A DNA stretch of 6,028 nt from a virus (lineage: Duplodnaviria > Heunggongvirae > Uroviricota > Caudoviricetes). The DNA is taken from IMG/VR virus record IMGVR_UViG_2778261084_000002; one strand, 5' to 3'. The stretch's first letter is position 1, and the number at the start of each line of letters is the position of its first letter. This document shows, piece after piece, positions 1 through 5,671 of the stretch. The translations under genes were made by a program, and so were the position numbers. The notes below the pieces were generated by a model, which did no database searches, had not been told where the DNA came from, and saw only the letters and a list, made by a program, of their open reading frames with translations.

Positions 1-357
1 CTTGCCGTTCGTGGGGAGTGGCAGGAGCGGAAGATTGCGCAGGTCAGTAAGCCTGCCCCCGCAATTAATATCACACCCGTGGTCCCGGCTCCGCTGCCTC
101 CGGCGCTGGTCCCTGTTGTTGCGGCCAGCTCCCGCCCGGTGGCGGAGGCCATACGATCGCCAGTGGCATCAGTTCCTGCAGCTTCCCGTAATCGGGAGCC
201 GGTTGCCTCCGGATTTGGCGGTGAAATTCATGTTCATCTGCATAACGTTGTTACGCAGAATCCCCGCGAACTTGCGAAACTGGTAGGTGAAATGGTCAGG
301 GCAGAAATGGAACGGCGCGCCCGTGCCGGGCGTGGCAGTTTTTACGATAAAGATTGA
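1..357 (+). CDS. 3' end of a phage tail gene, 5'-truncated by the window edge; Pro/Ala-rich C-terminus lying directly upstream of the gpU-like gene, so possibly a tape-measure (P2 gpT-like) C-terminus
   Basis: Frame 1 is open from base 1 to TGA at 355-357. The mirror copy at 5672..6028 differs in this frame by synonymous changes (ccc/cct, gtc/gtt) and one V/I replacement, whereas the overlapping frame-2 ORF 2..286 accumulates replacements between copies. A GAGGAG Shine-Dalgarno for the next gene sits at 356-361. Product assignment is by gene order only. Confidence 0.45.
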   Translation, partial: LAVRGEWQERKIAQVSKPAPAINITPVVPAPLPPALVPVVAASSRPVAEAIRSPVASVPAASRNREPVASGFGGEIHVHLHNVVTQNPRELAKLVGEMVRAEMERRARAGRGSFYDKD

Positions 358-363
358 GGAGTC

Positions 364-858
364 ATGGCCATGATGATGATCTACGGCATGTTTGTTTTTG
401 AGCTGCGCACATTGCCGCATCAGCAGTTACAGCAAAACAAAAGCTGGCGGCATGTGAAAAATGAACGCGTTAACCGTTCAGCAAGCTGGCAGTATATCGG
501 TGCAGGAGATGATCGCATCGTTCTTTCTGGTGTGCTTTATCCTGAAATTACAGGTGGCGAAGTATCGCTGTCGCTGCTGACCACGCAGGCGTATACAGGA
601 CGACCCTGGCCTCTGATTGATGGCGTCGGGCAGATTTACGGCATGTATGTGCTGACTGAAACGAATACGACCCGTTCCGAGTTTGATCGCTACGGTAAGG
701 CGAAAAAGATAGAATTTTCACTGACCCTTGAACGCTGTGATGAGGATTTGCGGGAGCGCCTGCAATCCTCATCGTTCAGTGATATGCTGTCCGGCTTCAA
801 AGATAAGGTGACATCATCTCTTAACAGCGCGGCCAGTTCAGTTAAAGGGCTGTTCTGA
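364..858 (+). CDS. phage tail protein, P2 gpU-like (164 aa)
   Basis: ATG ORF with GAGGAG at 356-361; alternative in-frame ATGs at 370/373/376 have better spacing. The translation (YGMFVFELRTLPHQ ... IVLSGVLYPEITGG ... RPWPLIDGVGQIYGMYVL ... IEFSLTLERCDE) matches my recollection of the P2 GpU tail protein family. The mirror copy at 5171..5665 differs by 15 nt, 12 of them synonymous. Confidence 0.65.
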   Translation: MAMMMIYGMFVFELRTLPHQQLQQNKSWRHVKNERVNRSASWQYIGAGDDRIVLSGVLYPEITGGEVSLSLLTTQAYTGRPWPLIDGVGQIYGMYVLTETNTTRSEFDRYGKAKKIEFSLTLERCDEDLRERLQSSSFSDMLSGFKDKVTSSLNSAASSVKGLF

Positions 859-866
859 TTTTACAC

Positions 867-898
867 AAAAACCGCTAATGGTCAGATTAGCGGTTTTC
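867..898. terminator. bidirectional rho-independent terminator between convergent gpU-like and invertase genes
   Basis: Perfect hairpin: stem aaccgctaat (870-879), loop ggtcag, stem attagcggtt (886-895), flanked by an A-run upstream and T-run downstream, so U-tracts are available on both strands. The invertase stop codon (887-889, - strand) lies inside the stem. Confidence 0.6.
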
Positions 899-1486
899 AT
901 TTTCCTGAGTCTGCCCGGTTGTTTCTTCAGTCTGTATATCGCCTACAGGGTGATAACGATAAATCGTCGATGTGCCAATGCCGTAAATTATTGCCAGTTG
1001 TTTTCTGTCGTGCCCGTTTTTGATTAGCCTTGCTATTTGCTCATGCTGTTCTTTTGTCAGCTTCGGTCGACGTCCGCCTGTGCGCCCCCTTGCGCGCGCT
1101 GCCGCCAGCCCGGCCAGTGTACGTTCAACAATTAATTCACGTTCCATTTCAGCCAGGGCACCCATCACGTGGAAGAAAAAACGCCCCATTGGAGAAGATG
1201 TGTCTATGCTGTCGGTCAGACTGCGAAAATTAATCCCTCGCTCCCGTAGTTCCCCGACGAGAGAAATCAGATGTTTCATGCTTCGCCCGAGGCGATCCAG
1301 TTTCCAGACAACCAGCGTGTCACCTTTTTGAAGGCGCTTTAAAGCGCGTTTTAATCCCGGTCGGTCTGTCTTTGTCCCGCTTAATTTATCTTCAAATATT
1401 TGTTCACATCCTGCACAAACAAGAGCGTTTCGTTGCAGGTCTGTATTCTGGTCATTTGTTGATACCCTTACATAGCCAATCAGCAC
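887..1486 (-). CDS. site-specific serine DNA invertase, Gin/Pin/Cin/Hin (Din) family, left copy (199 aa from GTG)
   Basis: Translation from GTG (1486-1484) begins (M)LIGYVRVSTNDQNTDLQRNAL with the catalytic Ser in the VRVSTNDQ motif. It has the family's resolvase-type catalytic core (WKLDRLGRS, ERGINFRSLTDSIDTSSPMGRFFFHVMGALAEMEREL) and a C-terminal helix-turn-helix (GIGTSTIYRYHP). A GGGAGA Shine-Dalgarno precedes the GTG. The TTG at 1504 used by the ORF track is probably not the true start. Confidence 0.93.
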   Translation of the reverse strand: MLIGYVRVSTNDQNTDLQRNALVCAGCEQIFEDKLSGTKTDRPGLKRALKRLQKGDTLVVWKLDRLGRSMKHLISLVGELRERGINFRSLTDSIDTSSPMGRFFFHVMGALAEMERELIVERTLAGLAAARARGRTGGRRPKLTKEQHEQIARLIKNGHDRKQLAIIYGIGTSTIYRYHPVGDIQTEETTGQTQENENR

Positions 1487-1540
1487 ACTGAATCTCCCGT
1501 CCAAAAGCGCAAATCATGCCATGCAGGCCAGAAACGGCCA

Positions 1541-1566
1541 TTATTTAAAACCTCGGTTTACAGGAA
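1541..1566. other. left 26-bp invertase crossover site (gix/cix/pix/hix-like), variant form
   Basis: ttatttaaaacc TC ggtttacaggaa: two imperfect 12-bp inverted half-sites around a 2-bp core, at the inner end of the arm and adjacent to the invertase gene. It differs from the right-hand site by TT versus CC at positions 5-6 of the outer half-site and one base in the inner half-site. Confidence 0.8.
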
Positions 1567-1590
1567 ACGGTAAACAGGGCTGGTAACGCC

Positions 1591-2427
1591 GTGCAAAAAA
1601 ATGGCGATACCTTGTCCGGTGGGCTTACTTTTGAAAATGACTCAATCCTTGCCTGGATTCGAAATACTGACTGGGCGAAGATTGGATTTAAAAATGATGC
1701 TGATGGTGACACTGATTCATACATGTGGTTTGAAACAGGCGACAACGGCAATGAATATTTCAAATGGAGAAGCCGCCAGAGCACCACAACAAAAGACCTG
1801 ATGACGCTGAAATGGGATGCACTAAATATTCTGGTAAATGCCGTCATTAATGGCAGTCTTGGAGTTGGTACGACGAATGCGTTAGGTGGTAGCTCTATTG
1901 TTCTTGGTGATAATGACACCGGATTCAAACAGAATGGTGATGGTATTCTGGATGTTTACGCTAATAGTCAGCGAGTATTCCGCTTTCAGAATGGAGTTGC
2001 TATTGCTTTTAAAAATATTCAGGCAGGTGATAGTAAAAAGTTCTCGCTATCCAGCTCTAATACATCCACGAAGAATATTACCTTTAATTTATGGGGTGCT
2101 TCCACCCGTCCAGTGGTTGCAGAGTTAGGCGATGAGGCCGGATGGCATTTCTATAGCCAGCGAAATACAGATAACTCGGTAATATTTGCTGTTAACGGTC
2201 AGATGCAACCCAGCAACTGGGGAAATTTTGATTCCCGCTATGTGAAAGATGTTCGCCTGGGTACGCGAGTTGTTCAATTGATGGCGCGAGGTGGTCGTTA
2301 TGAAAAAGCCGGACACACGATTACCGGATTAAGAATCATTGGTGAAGTAGATGGCGATGATGAAGCCATCTTCAGGCCGATACAAAAATACATCAATGGC
2401 ACATGGTATAACGTTGCGCAGGTGTAA
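1591..2427 (+). CDS. tail-fibre C-terminal (receptor-binding) cassette Sv; reading frame open from 1549 but separated from the arm ATG (1516) by TAA 1546-1548
   Basis: 278 aa from GTG 1591 (frame open from 1549, 292 codons). Gly/Asn/Thr/Ser/Trp-rich composition typical of fibre tips. C-terminus RPIQKYINGTWYNVAQV shares the RPIQ-Y-INGTWYN motif with the opposite cassette. Stop is 3 nt before the tfa ATG. The first ~25 codons inside the segment (NLGLQETVNRAGNAVQKN) parallel the other cassette. No convincing Shine-Dalgarno precedes GTG 1591. Confidence 0.75.
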   Translation: MQKNGDTLSGGLTFENDSILAWIRNTDWAKIGFKNDADGDTDSYMWFETGDNGNEYFKWRSRQSTTTKDLMTLKWDALNILVNAVINGSLGVGTTNALGGSSIVLGDNDTGFKQNGDGILDVYANSQRVFRFQNGVAIAFKNIQAGDSKKFSLSSSNTSTKNITFNLWGASTRPVVAELGDEAGWHFYSQRNTDNSVIFAVNGQMQPSNWGNFDSRYVKDVRLGTRVVQLMARGGRYEKAGHTITGLRIIGEVDGDDEAIFRPIQKYINGTWYNVAQV

Positions 2428-2430
2428 GTT

Positions 2431-2958
2431 ATGCAGCATTTAAAGAACATTAAGTCAGGTAATCCAAAAACAAAAGAGCAATATCAGCTAACAAAGAATT
2501 TTGATGTTATCTGGTTATGGTCCGAAGACGGAAAAAACTGGTATGAGGAAGTGAAGAACTTTCAGCCAGACACAATAAAGATTGTTTACGATGAAAATAA
2601 TATTATTGTCGCTATCACCAGAGATGCCTCAACGCTTAATCCCGAAGGCTTTAGTGTCGTTGAGATTCCAGATATAACAGCCAATCGTCGTGCCGATGAT
2701 TCAGGGAAGTGGATGTTTAAGGACGGAACTGTGGTTAAACGGATTTATACGACAGATGAGCAGCAACAACAGGCAGAATCACAAAAGGCCGCATTGCTTT
2801 CCGAAGCTGAATCAGTCATCCAGCCGCTGGAACGCGCTGTCAGGCTGAATATGGCAACAGACGAGGAACGCACACGACTGGAAGCATGGGAACGTTACAG
2901 TGTTCTGGTCAACCGTGTGGATACGGCAAATCCTGAATGGCCACAAAAGCCTGAATAA
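2431..2958 (+). CDS. tail-fibre assembly protein (Tfa; Mu U / e14 TfaE-like chaperone), 175 aa
   Basis: ATG preceded by AGGTG. N-terminus [24 protein letters not shown]...EDGKNWYEE...FQPDT...[27 protein letters not shown] is the conserved Tfa N-domain, with a divergent C-terminal third. Tightly coupled to the upstream fibre cassette. Confidence 0.9.
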   Translation: MQHLKNIKSGNPKTKEQYQLTKNFDVIWLWSEDGKNWYEEVKNFQPDTIKIVYDENNIIVAITRDASTLNPEGFSVVEIPDITANRRADDSGKWMFKDGTVVKRIYTTDEQQQQAESQKAALLSEAESVIQPLERAVRLNMATDEERTRLEAWERYSVLVNRVDTANPEWPQKPE

Positions 2959-2963
2959 AAATT

Positions 2964-2983
2964 AAGGCCCGATAGAGGGCCTT
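2964..2983. terminator. short hairpin between the convergent tfa genes (possible bidirectional terminator)
   Basis: aaggccc (2964-2970), loop gataga, gggcctt (2977-2983), preceded by an A-rich run and lying in the 28-bp gap between the two stop codons. The stem is only 7 bp and the T-tract is weak. Confidence 0.35.
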
Positions 2984-2986
2984 GTC

Positions 2987-3520
2987 TCATTCAGGTTGTT
3001 CGGGAAATGTTACTGGCAGGCTGGAGGTGTCTGTGGATTCGACTTTCTGCGCGTAGAGCATCCACTCGGTTAATTTTTGTTTATTCTCGTCGGAAATGAT
3101 GCCCAGCCGTAGCTGTGAGTCCCATAGCTGGGTTTTATCCCTGACAAGTTGCAACAGGCTTTGCTTTTCATTCTCTGCCTGCTGCCTCTGTTCCTCCTCG
3201 GTATAAGTTCGCTTTATCACTACGCCATCTTTGAACATCCATTTACCCGAAATATCAGCCCGGCGATTTGCTGTAATATCAGGAACCTCAACGACGCTTG
3301 CGCCTTCTGGATTAATTGCTGAAACATCCTTTTCAATACAAATAATAACGTCGTTGTGGTCATAGACCATTTTCAACGTATCAGGCTGAAAGTTCTTTTG
3401 TTCCTCATACCAGTTTTTCCCATCCTCTGTATAAAGCCATTTGATGTTAAATTGTTTCGTTAGCTGGTATTGTTCTTTTGTTTTAGGGTTGCCAGCAGTA
3501 ATATTTTTTAAGTGCATCAT
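2987..3520 (-). CDS. tail-fibre assembly protein Tfa' (second, divergent copy), 177 aa
   Basis: [24 protein letters not shown]...EDGKNWYEE...FQPDT...[30 protein letters not shown]: about 70% identical to the other Tfa over the N-terminal ~105 aa, with an unrelated C-terminus. GGGGAG Shine-Dalgarno upstream; start is 2 nt after the Sv' stop. Confidence 0.9.
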   Translation of the reverse strand: MMHLKNITAGNPKTKEQYQLTKQFNIKWLYTEDGKNWYEEQKNFQPDTLKMVYDHNDVIICIEKDVSAINPEGASVVEVPDITANRRADISGKWMFKDGVVIKRTYTEEEQRQQAENEKQSLLQLVRDKTQLWDSQLRLGIISDENKQKLTEWMLYAQKVESTDTSSLPVTFPEQPE

Positions 3521-3522
3521 AA

Positions 3523-4518
3523 TTAAATACTCCCCGCGTTATACCACGTTCCATTAATGCAATACTGAATTGGCCTTGCCTGAGTTGTATCAATTAATGC
3601 ATCACGGTTTCCGTTAACTGAACCCGTAACGACATAACCTGACCTGTCAGACCAGCCGGGACCATTCCATGTCTGAACAGATGACAGACCGCCAAGGCGA
3701 ATACCTGTAATAAACCTTGAGTTACATTCTGCCTGCGTATATGCACCAACATCTCCCGCAGAGGGTTTGCGGGTCGTGGTGTAAAACTCTGACCAGTCAG
3801 CCTCAAATCCATAACCATCACGCGCTGAACGATAAAAAATACCGCCGTTCCTGTAATTCACGCGGAACTGTACAGCAGGGCAGCTCCCCGTATTCATATT
3901 GAAGTGGAGGATTAATGTCGATGCGCCACCAATATTTGCGTTATAGACCCCGCTATTCCAGTTCCAGCCAACAGCTTTATCATTTCCGACAGTGCTTCCT
4001 GTTTGCCCTAAAGCAAATGCAGGCTGCTGGTTTTTCGTGTTGTAGTCTCGTCGCCAGCCAGGAGCATAAGCATCACCATGATTAATATAGGTGAATTGAG
4101 CGTTAGTAATTCCGCCGCCGCTGGACGTACTCGGCGTAGTAACGCGTATGGTCATTGCGCCGCGAGTGCCAATAACTTCCACCACAGCACCTGCAAGACA
4201 AATATTTCCGCAACCTGTATCTGTAATGACCTTATTATTTGCATAAGCCCATGAGCCTTTGCACATCCAGTAAGGATGGTTAAATGCTCCCTGACTCTCC
4301 AGCCACGAAATAAATTGCGCGGTTGTCCAGACCTGACTATCGCCACCAATATTCAGCCATGAGCTATATGCCCGGCAGGCACCAATATTTTTGGTGAAGG
4401 TATCTTTTCCTGGAATATCTGCACCGTTCTGATTTTTCTGTAATGCGCCAGAAGCCTGATTTACCGTTTCCAGTAAACCGAGGTTTTGGATAATGGCCGT
4501 TTCCGGCCTGCATGGCAT
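3523..4518 (-). CDS. tail-fibre C-terminal (receptor-binding) cassette Sv', 331 aa, currently in frame with an ATG located in the right arm
   Basis: ORF runs from ATG 4518-4516 through the right crossover site into the segment, so MPCRPETAII is arm-encoded and QNLGLLETVNQ... begins within the site. C-terminus RPIQYCINGTWYNAGSI carries the shared motif. No good Shine-Dalgarno precedes the ATG, and an in-frame TGA lies 7 codons upstream, so there is no longer constant N-terminal part. Confidence 0.8.
   Translation of the reverse strand: MPCRPETAIIQNLGLLETVNQASGALQKNQNGADIPGKDTFTKNIGACRAYSSWLNIGGDSQVWTTAQFISWLESQGAFNHPYWMCKGSWAYANNKVITDTGCGNICLAGAVVEVIGTRGAMTIRVTTPSTSSGGGITNAQFTYINHGDAYAPGWRRDYNTKNQQPAFALGQTGSTVGNDKAVGWNWNSGVYNANIGGASTLILHFNMNTGSCPAVQFRVNYRNGGIFYRSARDGYGFEADWSEFYTTTRKPSAGDVGAYTQAECNSRFITGIRLGGLSSVQTWNGPGWSDRSGYVVTGSVNGNRDALIDTTQARPIQYCINGTWYNAGSI
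4466..4494 (+). promoter_or_regulatory. putative sigma70 promoter for the right invertase, overlapping the crossover site
   Basis: -10 candidate GATAAT (4489-4494) with a weak -35 TTTCCA (4467-4472) and 16-bp spacer, ~55 bp upstream of GTG 4548. The mirror position in the left arm (1540..1567, - strand) has AATAAT. Based on sequence inspection only; in characterised Din systems (as I recall for Mu gin and P1 cin) the invertase promoter sits at the adjacent crossover site. Confidence 0.25.
4468..4493. other. right 26-bp invertase crossover site (gix/cix/pix/hix-like), canonical-looking form
   Basis: + strand ttccagtaaaccgaggttttggataa; - strand ttatccaaaacc TC ggtttactggaa. In inverted orientation relative to the left site and 55 bp upstream of the invertase start. 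Confidence 0.8.
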
Positions 4519-4547
4519 GATTTGCGCTTTTGGACGGGAGATTCAGC

Positions 4548-5135
4548 GTGCTGATTGGCTATGTAAGGGTATCAACAAATGACCAGAATACAGACTTGCA
4601 ACGAAACGCTCTTGTTTGTGCAGGATGCGAACAAATATTTGAAGATAAATTAAGCGGGACAAAGACAGACCGACCGGGATTAAAACGCGCTTTAAAGCGC
4701 CTTCAAAAAGGTGACACGCTGGTTGTCTGGAAACTGGATCGCCTCGGGCGAAGCATGAAACATCTGATTTCTCTCGTCGGGGAACTACGGGAGCGAGGGA
4801 TTAATTTTCGCAGTCTGACCGACAGCATAGATACATCTTCTCCAATGGGGCGTTTTTTCTTCCACGTGATGGGTGCCCTAGCTGAAATGGAACGTGAATT
4901 AATTGTTGAACGTACACTGGCCGGACTGGCGGCAGCGCGCGCACGGGGGCGCACAGGCGGACGTCGACCGAAGCTGACAAAAGAACAGCATGAGCAAATA
5001 GCAAGGCTGATTAAAAACGGTCACGACAGAAAACAACTGGCAATAATTTACGGCATTGGTACATCGACGATTTATCGTTACCACCCCGCAGGAGAATCAA
5101 GCGGAACAATAGAGAAGAGTCAGAAAACAAAATAA
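4548..5135 (+). CDS. site-specific serine DNA invertase, Gin/Pin/Cin/Hin (Din) family, right copy (195 aa from GTG)
   Basis: Same core protein as the left copy (12 nucleotide differences, all synonymous, by hand alignment) but a different C-terminal tail after ...IYRYHP (AGESSGTIEKSQKTK versus VGDIQTEETTGQTQENENR). GTG start with GGGAGA Shine-Dalgarno. Confidence 0.93.
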   Translation: MLIGYVRVSTNDQNTDLQRNALVCAGCEQIFEDKLSGTKTDRPGLKRALKRLQKGDTLVVWKLDRLGRSMKHLISLVGELRERGINFRSLTDSIDTSSPMGRFFFHVMGALAEMERELIVERTLAGLAAARARGRTGGRRPKLTKEQHEQIARLIKNGHDRKQLAIIYGIGTSTIYRYHPAGESSGTIEKSQKTK

Positions 5136-5162
5136 CCGCTAATCTGACCATTAGCGGTTTTT
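5134..5162. terminator. bidirectional rho-independent terminator between the invertase and the convergent gpU-like gene
   Basis: aaccgctaat (5134-5143), loop ctgacc, attagcggtt (5150-5159), then TTTTT; A-rich on the other side. Mirror of 867..898. Confidence 0.6.
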
Positions 5163-5170
5163 GTGTTAAA

Positions 5171-5665
5171 TCAGAACAGCCCTTTAACTGAAGTGGCCGC
5201 GCTGTTAAGAGATGATGTCACCTTATCTTTGAAGCCGGACAGCATATCACTGAACGATGAGGATTGCAGGCGCTCCCGCAAATCCTCATCACAGCGTTCA
5301 AGGGTCAGTGAAAACTCTATCTTTTTCGCCTTGCCGTAGCGATCAAACTCGGAGCGGGTCGTACTTGTGTCAGTCAGAACATACATGCCGTAAATCTGCC
5401 CGACGCCATCAATCAGAGGCCAGGGGCGTCCGGTATACGCCTGTGTGGTCAGCAGCGACAGGGACACTTCGCCACCTGTGATTTCAGGATAAAGCACACC
5501 AGAAAGAACGATGCGATCATCACCTGCACCGATATACTGCCAGCTTGCTGAACGGTTAACGCGTTCATTTTTCACATGCCGCCAGCTTTTGTTTTGCTGT
5601 AACTGCTGATGCGGCAATGTGCGCAGCTCAAAAACAAACATGCCGTAGATCATCATCATGGCCAT
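5171..5665 (-). CDS. phage tail protein, P2 gpU-like (164 aa), second copy
   Basis: Mirror of 364..858 with three amino-acid differences (E->D, N->S, S->T) and 12 synonymous changes. Confidence 0.65.
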   Translation of the reverse strand: MAMMMIYGMFVFELRTLPHQQLQQNKSWRHVKNERVNRSASWQYIGAGDDRIVLSGVLYPEITGGEVSLSLLTTQAYTGRPWPLIDGVGQIYGMYVLTDTSTTRSEFDRYGKAKKIEFSLTLERCDEDLRERLQSSSFSDMLSGFKDKVTSSLNSAATSVKGLF

Positions 5666-5671
5666 GACTCC

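Larger units (their letters stand above)
1..1574. repeat. left arm of a large inverted repeat (partner 4460..6028); reaches the window edge
   Basis: The reverse complement of 4460..6028 aligns base-for-base with 1..1574 apart from scattered substitutions and one ~50-bp divergent patch with a 5-nt length difference. The window ends are exact reverse complements of each other (cttgccgttcgtggggagtggcaggagcgg). Confidence 0.95.
1541..4493. other. invertible DNA segment (Mu G / P1 C / e14 P-segment-like) carrying two alternative tail-fibre cassettes with cognate assembly genes
   Basis: Bounded by inverted 26-bp crossover sites with identical core dinucleotides read arm-to-segment. Internal gene order Sv> Tfa> <Tfa' <Sv' is the canonical layout of phage host-range inversion segments. 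Serine invertase genes are immediately adjacent. Confidence 0.8.

Noticed and set aside
2-286. 94-aa ORF in frame 2 (mirror 5656..6027), Arg-rich
   Set aside because: Overlaps the frame-1 tail-gene 3' end. Substitutions between the two arm copies are synonymous in frame 1 but cause many replacements in this frame (HPWSRL versus HLWFRL, and so on), so it is a non-coding alternative frame.
169-772. Antisense ORFs 169..420 and 548..772 (mirrors 5609..5860 and 5257..5481)
   Set aside because: Lie antisense to the tail-gene 3' end and the gpU-like gene. They are conserved between arms only because the arms are repeats, and nothing supports them as coding.
1020-1331. ORFs 1020..1331 and 1030..1233 (mirrors 4703..4954, 4801..5004, 4899..5084) antisense to the invertase genes
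   Set aside because: Fully embedded antisense within a confidently identified invertase gene; typical spurious open frames.
1504-1504. TTG start (1504 / 4530) used by the ORF track for the invertases (MDGRFSV...)
   Set aside because: The family N-terminus is M-LIGYVRVSTNDQ. The GTG 18 nt downstream (1486 / 4548) with a GGGAGA Shine-Dalgarno gives exactly that, so the TTG extension is probably not translated.
1545-1928. 127-aa ORF on the - strand antisense to the Sv cassette, plus small ORFs 1601..1801, 1886..2128, 2125..2316, 3594..3821, 3717..3902 and 4152..4349
   Set aside because: All nested in alternative frames within the fibre cassettes, which have clear fibre-like composition and conserved motifs. 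No start or ribosome-binding context or independent support.
2459-2470. gix half-site-like sequence taatccaaaaac inside the tfa 5' region, and ggttt-containing stretches at ~1726 and ~3123
   Set aside because: Only a single half-site match without core or partner half-site. It is explained by the conserved Tfa codons (GNPKTK), so there is no evidence for additional crossover sites or a multi-inversion system.
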